From NCBI GenBank assembly GCA_000004985.1, contig GG738881.1: a DNA stretch of 64,000 nucleotides; one strand, written 5' to 3'. The stretch is from Naegleria gruberi. Its lineage: Eukaryota. Of this stretch, positions 48,617 through 60,792 are shown in pieces (within the stretch, counting starts at the first letter, position 1; the number at the start of each line of letters is the position of its first letter). Made by a program: the position numbers and the translations under genes. The notes below the pieces were generated by a model. The model ran no database searches. It was not told the origin of the DNA and worked only from the letters and a program-made list of their open reading frames with translations.

Positions 48617-51419
48617 CTACTTTTCTGTAGCAATATATACACCATTCCAAGAATCTGGAGGTGGTTCAAGCAAATAAGCTCTGCATCTCTCTGCCATTTC
48701 AAGAGCTGCTGAATCTTGATTATACTTGTCAGCATACTCTCTGAATGCCTTCTCTGCAACACCAAACTTTTTCTTCAGGTACAAGTCTTCCAGAATGTTA
48801 TTGTACAATCTGCAATAATCAACCTTATCTTGTGGAATCATAACCGAATCTCCTTGGAATGGTGACCATTTTCTAGCAACAATTTCATAAACTCTAACAC
48901 CAGTTACTTTACCCTTGACAGCGACCACATCTAACATTCTGAAAAGGAACAAGTCTTTGACAATTTCATAACAAAACTCTGACACCATAATGTTAGTTCC
49001 ATACACCTTATTCAAACCTTCCAATCTAGAAGCAAGATTTACAGAGTCTCCCAAACAAGTATAAGATAAACGATATGTTGAACCAATATTACCGACAAGG
49101 ACATCACCACAACTAACACCCACTCTAGTGTAGAGACCTGGCTTGCCTTCCTTTTCTAATTGTCTATTATAAGGCTGGAGGGATTTTTGCATTTCGAATG
49201 CAGCATTGCAACCGAAAAAGACATAAAAATCAAATGTATCTGGAGCACCAAACAAGGCCATCTAATATTATTTCATTGAAAATGGTTAAGCATTGCACAA
49301 GTTATTAAAACCTACCAAAGAGTCGCCAATATACTTATCCAAAACACCTCTATTTCTATATACAACTTCAGAGGTAACTTCAAAGTATTTACCCAAGATG
49401 GCAATCAATGTGTTGGGCTCTGTTGCTTCACAAATAGTCGTAAAACTCTTAATATCTGAAAATAGAATGGCAATATGTTTGGAATCAACACCCAAATCAA
49501 ACGATGCTGAATCACTGCCAATAAATTTGGAGACAATTTCTTTTGGTACGTATTTCATGAAACCATCGACAGCCAAAGACATTTTAGTAAAGTGGTTTCT
49601 CAATTTCTTAACTTCGTGGAAGAGAATTAGACGCTTCTTCTTTGCTTGAACTTGACCTTTACCAAGAGCGTCCATATCATTTCCGAGCGAAACAAGAGGG
49701 GCTGTAATTAACATACTCACAACGACAGCAATAACTAAGGAAACAAACAAAATGATACAGTCAGCAATCAAGACGATATTTCTAAACCAAATAACAGAAC
49801 CCATAAAATCGTCGACTGACATGATTGTTAAGACCTTCCAATTAAGGTCATGTTCATCGTCTACGGATTCCATATTCAACAAGTAACTGTTACCATTCAC
49901 TGTGTATTGATTGTCATGGCCTGTGAAATCTTGCAGATTACCCCCATACTTGGTCATAAGTAATTTACCAATTTCCTGCACATCCGGCAGTGAGCTTTCA
50001 TGAAGTTTCTTTCGCACCAGTTTATGAGGAACAATTTGATCATAAACATATAAAATTTCTTCGTTTGGTTTGGAGCAAGCAATCATTTCACTGGTTAGAG
50101 AAGAAACCACATACACCATTGAGTTGGGACTCATTTTGACACTTGCCAAATAGGCATTAATATCTTTGACAAGCAGATCTGTCGTTACCACATATTGAAC
50201 ATCTCCTGTAGCATTCAGAATTGGATGGTATGCTGTAATCCAAACACTTTCTACATTACTTGTTGCATACAAACTTGTCCATCCTTTCTTTTTTCTTTCT
50301 AAGGGGAAAGTCCACCATTCGAAACCGTACACAATTTCAGCATCCAATGATTGAGGTTCTTTTCTGCTCAAATTATACCTAAAATCACTAAAAATTGGTT
50401 CTTCAGCATAAAGAACACCATTCTGATAGTACTCTATTGTACATGCTGTCGTATTACTCAATATACCAAAATAGTAGTCATCTTTGTGAGTGAATGAGGC
50501 ATAACGAAGTCCAAAACCCATGACCATAGAGTAGAGAACTTGAATTCTTAGATTCCAATCAACCATTTTGGGGCTCAACTTGTCAAGTGCAGTAAAACTG
50601 TTCGTTACACTATCAGTAATTTGGAACGGTAGTTGAATAAAGTTATTCACGAATTCAACTGTTCTCAGCTTTGTTTGTGATCCCAGATTGGTAGTGAATT
50701 CATTAATAGATGCACCTATAGTTTTCAATTCATTATAAGAATCAGAAATTTAAGAAATTGATTGACTAAAAAGACATACCTTGTAAAACAATAGTAGCAA
50801 CGAATATGGAAATAGTCGAAATAAGGATCAATAGAATGATAATCACAGAAAGACAAAACTTAATGGAGAATATTCTAGATACCAGAGAATTCAAATAATT
50901 TTTCTCCTTCTCCACTTTTTTCCCCTTCTCCAGTGTGAGATCTTCATCTTCGGCTAGTACTTCTTTAAGCTTTTTCTCATCTTCTGCACTTGCAACGGGC
51001 ACTATCAATTTACTATTGCTTGCCTTTCTTGTGGCATTGCTCTTTTGCTTTTTAACTTCCTTCTTATTTGTTGTCTTTGTATTCTTTCTAAGTGATTCCT
51101 TGGTCGTTAAGGACTTTTTCATAGGTGATGATGGTGTGTTCGTCGACACAACAGCAGCCTTTGATAAATTATTGCTGCTACTACCGTTGGTACCAGTAAT
51201 ATTATTACTACTACTATTATTATTATATGCAACAACATTATTATTTGATAAATCAGTGATGGGTGTGAGTGTTGTTATTGGGGTTACGGGCGATGTGGTC
51301 GATTCATCATTATTATAATCATTAAGGATTTGTAATTCCGAACTGGTTGATGTTACCAGAGCTGCTGCTGAGGAGGAATTATTGGTTGATTTATTCTTTT
51401 GGGCTACTCGTGTGACCAT
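48617..51419 (-). CDS. receptor-type class III adenylyl cyclase with extracellular sensor domain between two TM helices (ACG-like), 3 exons
   Basis: Exon 1 (~50780..51419) is an Asn/Ser-rich cytoplasmic N-terminus ending in TM1. After an intron at ~50716..50779 (GTATGT…TATAG), exon 2 (~49315..50715) carries the ~330-aa extracellular domain, TM2 (IVLIADCIILFVSLVIAVVVSML) and the start of the cyclase (…HIAILFSDIKSFTTICEATEP…VLDKYIGDSL). After an intron at ~49262..49314, exon 3 (48617..49261) reads MALFGAP…RVGVSCGDVLVGNIGS…LGDSVNLASRLEG…. Confidence 0.8.
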
Positions 51420-51845
51420 ATTGATGATAAGGCATTTATTTTTTCTACTGCTGTTTTTATTGTTGTTGGTTTTAAGGTTCGTTAAGGTTCGGTTTTGAGT
51501 TGTTTTTTTATTGTGGAATATTAAAAAATTACAGTAATTTCCATTTTGAAACCTGTTACTAACTTTTTTGGATACACCATAGTGTATATATATTGGATTA
51601 AGGCACTTTCAGTCCATTAATTTTCAACGGCTTGTTTTTACAACCGTCCCTCAGTGCCAATATATTAAGCACTTTAGAATCAATTCCTATAAGGAAGATA
51701 CTCCTTCCAGCCATTTCGAATTTTATTGAGAGTGAACATTTTTCTATCTCCAGATAATTATATAGAAATAAGAGTACAGTTAAACAACATTGTAATCAGC
51801 TTGTCATGTTGCTGGAAAAATAATGATTTTCTAACTTTAAAAAAA

Positions 51846-53166
51846 ATGTCATTACTTGATCTTCCCCTCGAAGTTGTTATTGATTTTGTATTTCCCTTCC
51901 TGACGGATGGAGAGTTGATTCGGAGAACAAATTTTACAATCAAAAATTCGTGTGCTTTTTTTGAATAATCGCTTGCTCCCTATTAGATGGATGGAAGGGA
52001 ATTATAGAGATTCACTCTTTAATGATCGTGGAGCATTGTTTAGATTGTTGGATAAATTGAAAAATGTTGAGTATTTGAAAGGAATTTCAAAGACTGGAAT
52101 CCACAAATACTGTCAAATATTCAGTCAGGATTCTGAATTTCTCTATGAAATTATTTCACATTTACCAAAATTAAGAAAGATTTTTGATAAAACTTATAGC
52201 ATGGATTTGATGAAAATTGTGACAATTTGTCCAATATTTGAACATGTGCATTATAGCCAAATGACAGACGAAGAAATCAAAGAATTGAACCCAAAAAGAT
52301 GCAAGATTGCAGATGTTTTCGATAATATCAATTCATGGGAAGAAATCAATCTTGTTTTTCATTATTTAGAGGAGATTAATTGGTATCCCAGAGAAATTAA
52401 TTGGAAACTATTACAGAAAGAAATTACATTTAGAATTGAGCATAATCGAAAAGTTTTGAAGGAAAAACAAAATGCTGATCTCTATCCTGAAACCCTTCGA
52501 ATTAACTTTCATGATTGGAGTGAAATTATAACATGCCCTCTTTCCACAAACATTCTTCTTTGCATTGAAACTGAACACGTCAAAGTAATTCAGCCATTAG
52601 CTCCATTTTGTGAAAGTATTAAATATTCTGGAAGCATTAGAGACCTTATCAAGTTACCAGAATATGATTGTCAAGCCAAAGAACTAGATTTATCAGGAAA
52701 GCGTTTGAGATTTGACTGGGTGGTGCCTAAAAACTCTACCTTGACAGCTGTTGTAAGAACTGACCAAAATTTTAAAGACCTTGAAATGGATCTATACAGA
52801 AAAGTAATCATTCAAATACTCCACCGAGTGAAATCTTTACAAGTGGTCAAATTATCCCTTCCATTCAATATTCTTGTCTTATTTGGCAATGACTTGAAAC
52901 CAAACCTATCTCATTACAATTTGGAAAAGCATGTTCAATTAGATTGGATTCCACTCAATTTTTATGCATCTGTGAGCACTTTTGAAAGTGTTCCTCTATT
53001 GATTCTAAAGAAGAGATTGAGTTGCCCATTATATAAGGAGCCGGAGCATTATGAATCGATTGACTTTTCTGCTTTGGATTCATTTTATTCAACTCAAACA
53101 ATGACAGTATTAGGAACAACAAGCAATACTCAATCAAGTGGAGGTTTTGGATTATTTGACTTTTAG
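51846..53166 (+). CDS. F-box protein (reading frame interrupted at a T7 run, 51956..51962)
   Basis: An ATG at 51846 gives MSLLDLPLEVVIDFVFPFLTDGELIRR, an F-box. After the 7-T run the 404-aa ORF (51952..53166) continues in the +1 frame. Removing one T gives a continuous …NSCAFLNNRLLPIRW… protein. Confidence 0.55.
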
Positions 53167-53320
53167 ATCAACTCAACATCCATCTCTTAATTCTTCAGAA
53201 GCTTACTACTTCCATCTAAATGTGACGCCTTCTCAATTCATTGAGAGCGTACAGTATGGTTTATTCGGCTTTATATCCATTATGAATGATAGTCTGAATA
53301 ATTATCAAAGCTGCTTAGTT

Positions 53321-54475
53321 TTAAATAGTTTCGAAATCCACTGTTTCAATTCTTGTTAATTTGTAAGCTTTTGATTCATTAATCTTTACAATGACAGTAC
53401 CATTAATATCCAATTTTTCAAATTCCTCTCGTAACTTATCAAGTGTCTCCTTATCCATGTTTGTATCTTTAGCATGTTGTTCCAATTCTTCAACAGAAAG
53501 AGCAACCAGTGGAAATATTGTGTATCTGGTTTCTAGAATGCTTTTGTAATGATCAACTGCTGAATCTATCAGTAAACTCATCAAGAACTTGGGAGCACAC
53601 TTGGCTTCTATTTTTCTTGCTTCGATCAGTGTTTGAAAATAGGCATCTCTATTCTTAAACATTGGAAATGGAAATGGACAACACCAGTCCAATATTCTCT
53701 TTGAAATTAATCTACACAGTCTTCCATTACCATCTGGGAAAGGATGAATGTCGACAAAATGGAATTGTGCAAAGGCAGCTAATGCAAATACATATAAAAG
53801 CTGTTTTTCACAGTTTTCAGGATAGCATTTGGTAATTGCTTGACTGAGTGAGTAAACATCATTGCACAATAGTCTTGTGGTTGATTTTACAATAGTGTGT
53901 TTAGGATAAGTATGAGTAATTCCATTATATGAAGAAGCTTCGCTACCATGATCTCTATACTCCATTTTGGCATTTGGTATGACAATGCCAAACCATTTCT
54001 TCAAGGATGATTCATCAAAAATTACAGAGGATATCATCTTGTTTTTGTAATTTTCCTTTCTGAAAGTTTCGTTTAATAATGACAATGTGATCATAACAGC
54101 CTCGATCTCTTGTTCGTTACTGGAATCCAATTGATTGTTCAGAATCTTTTCCGTGTCTTCAAGTGAGCTTGGTCCAACATTTTCAATCATATTAGTATAA
54201 TATATCCATTCACAAACCGAGTGAGGAATTGAGGACGAAATGAGGTTTTCATTACCTTCAACCTCTTCTAACAGGCGACAAAACTCTCCAATTTTATTCT
54301 CTTCAAACTCATCAGCAAATCCAAGCAATTCCTCTAAATAAAATCTTGCTTTTTCTTCAATATCTGCAGGTGGTGTGCCGAGCTTTTCGTGCACCTCCAT
54401 CAAACAACAACTTTGAGGACCATTATCAAGGCACGATAAATATTCAGTGGTGTGCATTTTTTTTGAGGTGTACAT
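53321..54475 (-). CDS. Fic/Fido-domain protein
   Basis: A 384-aa ORF with the core Fic motif FHFVDIHPFPDGNGRLCRL, which matches HPFx[D/E]GNGR. Confidence 0.8.
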   Translation of the reverse strand: MYTSKKMHTTEYLSCLDNGPQSCCLMEVHEKLGTPPADIEEKARFYLEELLGFADEFEENKIGEFCRLLEEVEGNENLISSSIPHSVCEWIYYTNMIENVGPSSLEDTEKILNNQLDSSNEQEIEAVMITLSLLNETFRKENYKNKMISSVIFDESSLKKWFGIVIPNAKMEYRDHGSEASSYNGITHTYPKHTIVKSTTRLLCNDVYSLSQAITKCYPENCEKQLLYVFALAAFAQFHFVDIHPFPDGNGRLCRLISKRILDWCCPFPFPMFKNRDAYFQTLIEARKIEAKCAPKFLMSLLIDSAVDHYKSILETRYTIFPLVALSVEELEQHAKDTNMDKETLDKLREEFEKLDINGTVIVKINESKAYKLTRIETVDFETI

Positions 54476-54585
54476 TTTGATAAGGAGAAAATAAGTAAAA
54501 GTTTGTTGCCTTAGTTGCGTGGATCTATTGTTGAATAAACAACTAAATATTATTGGAATATTTTTAATTGTAAAAACGAAACAAA

Positions 54586-56514
54586 ATGAAACAATTGAAT
54601 GCTAGAGGATTATTTGAAAATTCTAAAGTGTCGGAAAGTAATCATCAGTGTGTTTTAGATTTATCCCTCTCTTCAAAATTACTTTCCACTAAAATTCAAG
54701 ACATTCCACAGAAAGATAAATATGAAATAATTATAAAACCACTATTCGAATATTGTTTCGGAACGAGTGATGATTCTGTTTGGGAGAAACTAAATGATGA
54801 TGAAGAGGAATACGAAAGTGATGATAATGACCACGATGAAGAGGAAGATGAAAGAATTGATGAAAATAATGACCAAAATGACACTAGTCAAATAATATAT
54901 TTAAAGATTGATTGGAACAGAGATCGAACTTTTATTCATGGGCAAATATTCAATTTGGTTGTTGGTAAATTTCTCATTTTGGCCAATAAGCTTGGATTGT
55001 GGAAGAATAGATCATTTGTTTTGACTACGACCGAATATAGAGATATTAAAACACTCAAGTATGTGGACGATAATTTCAGGAATGATAGGGAAATTGTAAT
55101 GGCAGCTGTCAACGAAAATGGACGTACCCTTAAATATGCATCGAGTGAATTGAGAAATGATTTTGAAATTGTAAAAACAGCCGCTCGGAATAATCGTCGA
55201 GCACTGTGGTATGCATCGAAACAATTGAGTAGTAATAAGGAAATTGTAATGACAGCTGTTAAAAGTAATGGACTATCTCTTGAATATATGCCTACACAAA
55301 TTAGAAATGACAGAAAAATTGTTAAAATTGCTATACAAGAGAATGGTAATGCACTTGGATATGCTTCAAAAGAATTGAAGAGTGATAAGGAAATTGCCCT
55401 ACTTGCTATAGAATCAAGCCCAAAAGCATATGAATGTGCATCTAATCAATTGACGAATGACCAAGATCTAATTCTTAAAGTGTTGTCCAAATCGTGCGAC
55501 TATATTTTCGGTATTGACCAATCAATTAAGCTATTTAAAAACGATAGAAAATTTATACTTGCTATTGCAAAGTTGGATGGCCTTAAAGCCCTTCGTAATG
55601 CTTCACTGGAATTGAGAGATAATAGAGAGATAGTAATTGAAGCAGTTCAACAAAATCCAAATGCTTTGGTCTATGCATCTAGTGAATTGAGGAATGACAA
55701 GGAGATTGTGAAAATGGCAGTAATGGAAAATGGAAGCTGTTTGACTTTTGCATCAAATGAATTGAAAGATGATAAGGAAATTGCGGAATTGGCATTCAAA
55801 TCTTCTGAAATTGCTGTTCGATATTTTTCTGAAAGATTGAGAAATGATATTGAATTCCTGAGCGGATTTGGAAAGAGAGGTTATTTATTAAAGATTTTAC
55901 CAGATCATTTCATGAATGACAGAGAAATAGTATTGGAAGCAATCAAACTGGACCCACAAATTATTTTGACTCTTCCCAATGAATTGAAAAGAGACAGAGA
56001 ATTTATATTGCAAGCTGTAACAAGATGTGGTATGGCACTTCGTGGAGTGAGTTCAGAATTTCAAAAAGATAGAGAATTAGTTTTGGCTGCAGTAACACAA
56101 AATGGAAATTCAATCAATTTTGCCTCACAAGAAGTTTGGAATGATAAGGAAATTGTTCTGAAAGCTGCCGAAACATGCAATCAAGAACTATTACTTAAAT
56201 TACCAAGTTTCGACAAACAAATTTACCTGCAACTCATCAAAAAACGTGGAGGTGAATGCCTGAAATATTTTCCAAGAAAATTTCAAATAGATAGAGAAAT
56301 TCTAATGGAAGCCTTAAAAACCCATCCTAAAACTGCATTCCTCAATGCTTCTGGCACGTTAAAGGTAATGGATCGAGTATTTGCTATGCGAGTTGTGAAA
56401 AGAGATGGCATGCTTTTAGGTGAAATGTGTTCAAAACACAAAAGTGATAGAGAAATAATTTCCTGTGCAGTCAAACAAAATATCAAAGCACTGAAATATG
56501 CATCCATTGATTGA
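54586..56514 (+). CDS. DUF4116-repeat protein
   Basis: An acidic N-terminus is followed by ≥12 tandem ~36-aa repeats of the form …NDREIVMAAVNENGRTLKYASSELRNDFEIVKTAARNN…. Confidence 0.65.
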   Translation: MKQLNARGLFENSKVSESNHQCVLDLSLSSKLLSTKIQDIPQKDKYEIIIKPLFEYCFGTSDDSVWEKLNDDEEEYESDDNDHDEEEDERIDENNDQNDTSQIIYLKIDWNRDRTFIHGQIFNLVVGKFLILANKLGLWKNRSFVLTTTEYRDIKTLKYVDDNFRNDREIVMAAVNENGRTLKYASSELRNDFEIVKTAARNNRRALWYASKQLSSNKEIVMTAVKSNGLSLEYMPTQIRNDRKIVKIAIQENGNALGYASKELKSDKEIALLAIESSPKAYECASNQLTNDQDLILKVLSKSCDYIFGIDQSIKLFKNDRKFILAIAKLDGLKALRNASLELRDNREIVIEAVQQNPNALVYASSELRNDKEIVKMAVMENGSCLTFASNELKDDKEIAELAFKSSEIAVRYFSERLRNDIEFLSGFGKRGYLLKILPDHFMNDREIVLEAIKLDPQIILTLPNELKRDREFILQAVTRCGMALRGVSSEFQKDRELVLAAVTQNGNSINFASQEVWNDKEIVLKAAETCNQELLLKLPSFDKQIYLQLIKKRGGECLKYFPRKFQIDREILMEALKTHPKTAFLNASGTLKVMDRVFAMRVVKRDGMLLGEMCSKHKSDREIISCAVKQNIKALKYASID

Positions 56515-56847
56515 ATTTGAATTGAGGAACTATAAGAAACTATTCAAATTTTCAAAAAGCCACAAACATTTTTGTGGGTTATTAATAAAATTAAATTGAA
56601 AAAATAAAAATACAATTTTGCAACAGCTCGGAATTCGGAAGCACTTTAAAAAAAACACACAACACGTTTTGGTGGCTTGTTTGAGAGAGTTTCTTTTTTT
56701 CATCATCATCATCCACTCACGGAAAAGATATCACTGAGATTTCTCAACACACACAAATTTTATAGTAGTATTTATTAGTATTAATAATATTGTTATTATT
56801 ATTGCGAGAATATATCATCATACAACAAAATCAACAAACACAAAAAG

Positions 56848-58737
56848 ATGGTCAGAGAATTAAAATCCGATGCTGAATTTAATACCGAGTTAGTCAAGGC
56901 AGGTGGTAAACTTGTTGTTGTAGACTTTTTTGCTACATGGTGTGGTCCATGTAAAAAGATTGCACCATATTTTGAACAATTAGAAACACAATATAAGGAT
57001 GTTCTCTTTTTAAAGGTTGATGTGGATATTTGCCAGCAAACAGCTGCCAAGTGCAATATTTCAGCCATGCCAACATTCCAATTATTCAAGAATAGATCCA
57101 AAGTTGAAGAAGTTGTCGGAGGAGATGTTCAAAAACTTGTCCAATTAATTAATCAACACAAGGGTGTTTCATCCTCTTCATCTTCGTCATCATCATCACA
57201 AGTTGAAGATAATGAACCAATACCAAGTCATCTTTCCACTGCGGAACAATTCAAAGAGGAAGGAAACAATAGATACAAGAAGGGATCATACAAAAAAGCT
57301 GTGGAATGTTATACAAGAGCTATTGAATTGGATCCAAGCCAAGCACCAATTTATACTAACAGAGCTGCTTGCAACTTACAATTACTCAAGTATAAGAAGG
57401 TTGTTGAAGATGGTTTAAAGGCTGCTCAATTGGATCCAAAATTCTCAAAGGCGTATCTTCGCGCTGGTCAAGGTTATTTACAAATGGGTAAAACTAGAGA
57501 AGCTAGGGAACAATTCGATTTGGCTCTTAAATTGGAACCAAATAGTGACTTGTATAAGAGAGAAAGAGAAAATTCTCTCAAAATTGAAAAGTACTTGTCG
57601 AATGGTAAGAGCTTTTTAGAACAATCTCTCTATAAGGAAGCTAGTAATGAAATGGATTTGGCATTCCAAATTGCTCCTCACTCAGTGCCATTGAAACTTT
57701 GTAAAATTGAAGCATTGATTGGATTGAAGGAACTTGATACTGCTGCCAAGGAAGCTAGCGTTATTCTTCGTGATATTGACAATAACAATTCCGAAGCTCT
57801 CTTCTTGAGAGGTCAAGCATTGTACTATGCTGGTAGTACCGAAAGTGGATTGAGTCATGTCACTCAAGCTTTAATGATTGATCCAGACAATCAAAAATGT
57901 TTACAATTCAGAAAGCAAATCAAGAAGATTGAACAATTGAAAGAGGAAGGCAACAAACTTTTGCGAGCTGGTAAATTCCAAGAATCCTATGATGAATATT
58001 CTAAAGCCATTGAAATTGATCCAAAGAATGCCAATTTGAATGCAGTTCTTTATTGCAATAGAGCTGCTGCTGCCACTAAACTCGGAAAACATCAAGTAGC
58101 CATCAAGGATGCTACCAAAGCCATTGAATTGAATGAAAATTATACAAAGGCATACATTAGAAGAGGTTCCAGCTATGTTGAACTTGAACAATACGAAGAT
58201 GCCATGCGTGACTATAGTAAGGCCCATGAATTGGACAAGGACGATGAACAAGTTGCACAAAAATTGAAGGAAGTCAGAAAGCTCTACAAGCAAAGCAAGA
58301 AGAAGGACTTTTACAAGATTCTTGGTGTGGAAAGAAATGCCTCTACTGATGAAATCAAAAAGGCCTACAAGAAGTTAGCCATGCAATGGCACCCTGACAG
58401 ATATATGGACGAAGAGGAAAAGAAGAATGCTGAAAATAAGTTTAAGGACATTACAGAGGCATACAGTATTCTCTCTGATCCACAAAAGAGACAACAATTC
58501 GATTCTGGCGCAATGGATGCTGATTTTGATGGTTTTGGTGGAATGGGAGGAGGAATGGGTGGTATTGACCCTAATGACATCTTTAGAATGTTCTTTGGTG
58601 GAGGTGGTATGGGTGGAGGAATGGGAGGTGGATTTGGTGGTATGGGAGGTGGAATGGGAGGAATGGGAGGAATGGGAGGAGGAGGAAGAAGAGGAGGCCG
58701 AGGTGGAATGGGTGGCCAACAATCATTCTTCTTTTAA
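56848..58737 (+). CDS. thioredoxin-domain + TPR repeats + DnaJ J-domain protein (DNAJC7-like), Gly/Met-rich C-terminus
   Basis: The N-terminal thioredoxin fold has [10 protein letters not shown]. There are ~9 TPR motifs. The J domain ([32 protein letters not shown]) is followed by a (GGMGG)n tail. Confidence 0.85.
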   Translation: MVRELKSDAEFNTELVKAGGKLVVVDFFATWCGPCKKIAPYFEQLETQYKDVLFLKVDVDICQQTAAKCNISAMPTFQLFKNRSKVEEVVGGDVQKLVQLINQHKGVSSSSSSSSSSQVEDNEPIPSHLSTAEQFKEEGNNRYKKGSYKKAVECYTRAIELDPSQAPIYTNRAACNLQLLKYKKVVEDGLKAAQLDPKFSKAYLRAGQGYLQMGKTREAREQFDLALKLEPNSDLYKRERENSLKIEKYLSNGKSFLEQSLYKEASNEMDLAFQIAPHSVPLKLCKIEALIGLKELDTAAKEASVILRDIDNNNSEALFLRGQALYYAGSTESGLSHVTQALMIDPDNQKCLQFRKQIKKIEQLKEEGNKLLRAGKFQESYDEYSKAIEIDPKNANLNAVLYCNRAAAATKLGKHQVAIKDATKAIELNENYTKAYIRRGSSYVELEQYEDAMRDYSKAHELDKDDEQVAQKLKEVRKLYKQSKKKDFYKILGVERNASTDEIKKAYKKLAMQWHPDRYMDEEEKKNAENKFKDITEAYSILSDPQKRQQFDSGAMDADFDGFGGMGGGMGGIDPNDIFRMFFGGGGMGGGMGGGFGGMGGGMGGMGGMGGGGRRGGRGGMGGQQSFFF

Positions 58738-58806
58738 ACTTTCAAAACTTTCTACCCCAATATAACTCCTCTAATTTATTCTTTTATTCTTTTTAAATTT
58801 ATTAAA

Positions 58807-60672
58807 TCACTTAAATTTATTCTTTTCAACGAAAAATTGTGGCATTAGTTCAATAGTGGCAAGACACTGATTGTAAAGATAGGCCATTTTTTCCTCTCCG
58901 AAAAAAGAATGAAAGTTTGTTTCTTCGGTGGAATATTTGTGACGAATGGTTTGGCAATATTGAGCGAATGGCATTCCATTGTATTGAATATGTTCAAGAG
59001 CATACTTGAAACCATCTAGCATGTGTGGATTCGTTAGGCCTGCATATCCAAGAGATCCAGTGGTATAGGGGTTGAAGAAATCTGCAATTTTTTCAATACA
59101 TTCCACACCTATGGATGGACTAAAGTTGTCAATCATGAGTTTAAATGATTCCCTAACATCATCAAAACCATAATAATCCACAAAGCAAGTAAGCATTTTG
59201 GAATTGATTTCTGATAAAAACTCCAAAGTTATTCCCTTGTAATTATTAAATAGAATATTCAAATCATACTTTGCAGGGTACATCTCAAAGAATGGTTTGA
59301 AAAATTGATTAGGTGAGCTTTTGCAATAGTTTCTAAAGTATGATAAAATAAAGTTAGTATTTCCCGTTTCTGGACTTATTTCATAAGGGTCAAAATTTTC
59401 AATTTTTGATAACAAGTGTGAAATCTTTGAACGGTAGTTGAATCTGTGAAAGATAATCTTTAAATCGATTGGAGTAATCATTCCACGCTCACTTAATAAA
59501 TCAATAATTTCTCTTTCATAACCATATAAAAAGAGACTATGTGATTTGACTCTGGAATAATCAATAGATTTTTCCTCAAAAACTTCCAAAAACTGACAAA
59601 GACTGTTGACAACTTCTTCTGGCGTTTCACATGAGTCAGGACTGAAGAATTCCATAAAATATTTGTCTTTTTGATATCTGAAATGCCACTCAAAACATGT
59701 TTGAAAGTTATCAAGCCATTGATTAGGATAAATAGCATTGAACATCTTTTTTAAATATCTCAATCTCACCATTCTTTTGGTACGTGTCAGCTGCATGAAA
59801 TCAATATATGGATCTTCACTTTTTTCATAATTTCCCTCCACAGAAATATAGTTCAGTAAAAAATCCAAAAAGCTTTCATTTCCATTTTCATCTTCATTCA
59901 CATTCCAATAGGAAATTAAAATCTTTTCCAAAATCTTGTCATTTAGAATTGGTTTGAAATTTTGAACAAAGCAAATTACTTGAGGAGAACAATCATCGTC
60001 TGTTTTCCCAATCTCACCACTCATCACATCAGCAATTGAAAAAGTAAATCGTTTCCAATACTCTTGAGCATAAAGAGAATTATTCACTCGTCCATTCAAT
60101 GTGAACTTTTTAGCTTGGTTAAGGAAATACTGAGCCATATATCCAGAATGTTCATAATTGACCACTCCCTTCGTGAAATCGTGACGAATCTCATCCACTC
60201 CCTTTGCCATCTTCATATTATAGTGCATAATCATGGCAGAGGAGGCCAACTTTTTAAATCTCATCCCAAATACTGTCGATTTCTCTCCCTTCTCTCCATA
60301 CCTATCTTCATCCATATACTTTTCAAAACTTGCCCTACTCACCGATTTTTCCTTCACAATCTGCGATTCATAAAACTTGTTCAATTGACTAATTATTGAC
60401 TTGTACAAATTCCCGCCTTTTTTTTTTCTTTCATGACCCATCACCATCATCAAATCATTTTCATCACCATCATCGGAATGATTTAATTTTCCATAATAAT
60501 CAATCTTTGTTTGTATAAAATTGGACAGCAGTGTTTTCCACACAATTTCAAACCGATCCAATTCGTACCAATTTTTGCAGGTGCAGAGGAGTGAGAGACC
60601 ATCTGCAATGGAGAGAAATTCGAGGATGGCAAAGAGTGTGTCAATGTGAATCTCTGTATTGTTGCTGGACAT
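58807..60672 (-). CDS. hypothetical protein with N-terminal F-box-like motif
   Basis: A 621-aa ORF. The N-terminus (IDTLFAILEFLSIADGLSLLCTCKNWYEL) resembles an F-box. The remainder is unassigned. Confidence 0.4.
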   Translation of the reverse strand: MSSNNTEIHIDTLFAILEFLSIADGLSLLCTCKNWYELDRFEIVWKTLLSNFIQTKIDYYGKLNHSDDGDENDLMMVMGHERKKKGGNLYKSIISQLNKFYESQIVKEKSVSRASFEKYMDEDRYGEKGEKSTVFGMRFKKLASSAMIMHYNMKMAKGVDEIRHDFTKGVVNYEHSGYMAQYFLNQAKKFTLNGRVNNSLYAQEYWKRFTFSIADVMSGEIGKTDDDCSPQVICFVQNFKPILNDKILEKILISYWNVNEDENGNESFLDFLLNYISVEGNYEKSEDPYIDFMQLTRTKRMVRLRYLKKMFNAIYPNQWLDNFQTCFEWHFRYQKDKYFMEFFSPDSCETPEEVVNSLCQFLEVFEEKSIDYSRVKSHSLFLYGYEREIIDLLSERGMITPIDLKIIFHRFNYRSKISHLLSKIENFDPYEISPETGNTNFILSYFRNYCKSSPNQFFKPFFEMYPAKYDLNILFNNYKGITLEFLSEINSKMLTCFVDYYGFDDVRESFKLMIDNFSPSIGVECIEKIADFFNPYTTGSLGYAGLTNPHMLDGFKYALEHIQYNGMPFAQYCQTIRHKYSTEETNFHSFFGEEKMAYLYNQCLATIELMPQFFVEKNKFK

Positions 60673-60792
60673 TTTTTTTTTTAATTGTTTTTTAAACTTT
60701 GAAAACTATTTGTAAATAAATTTATGAATTTTACAAAATAATTTCACATAAAAATTACATCAATAATGGGTACACAGATCCTTTTACAGTTC

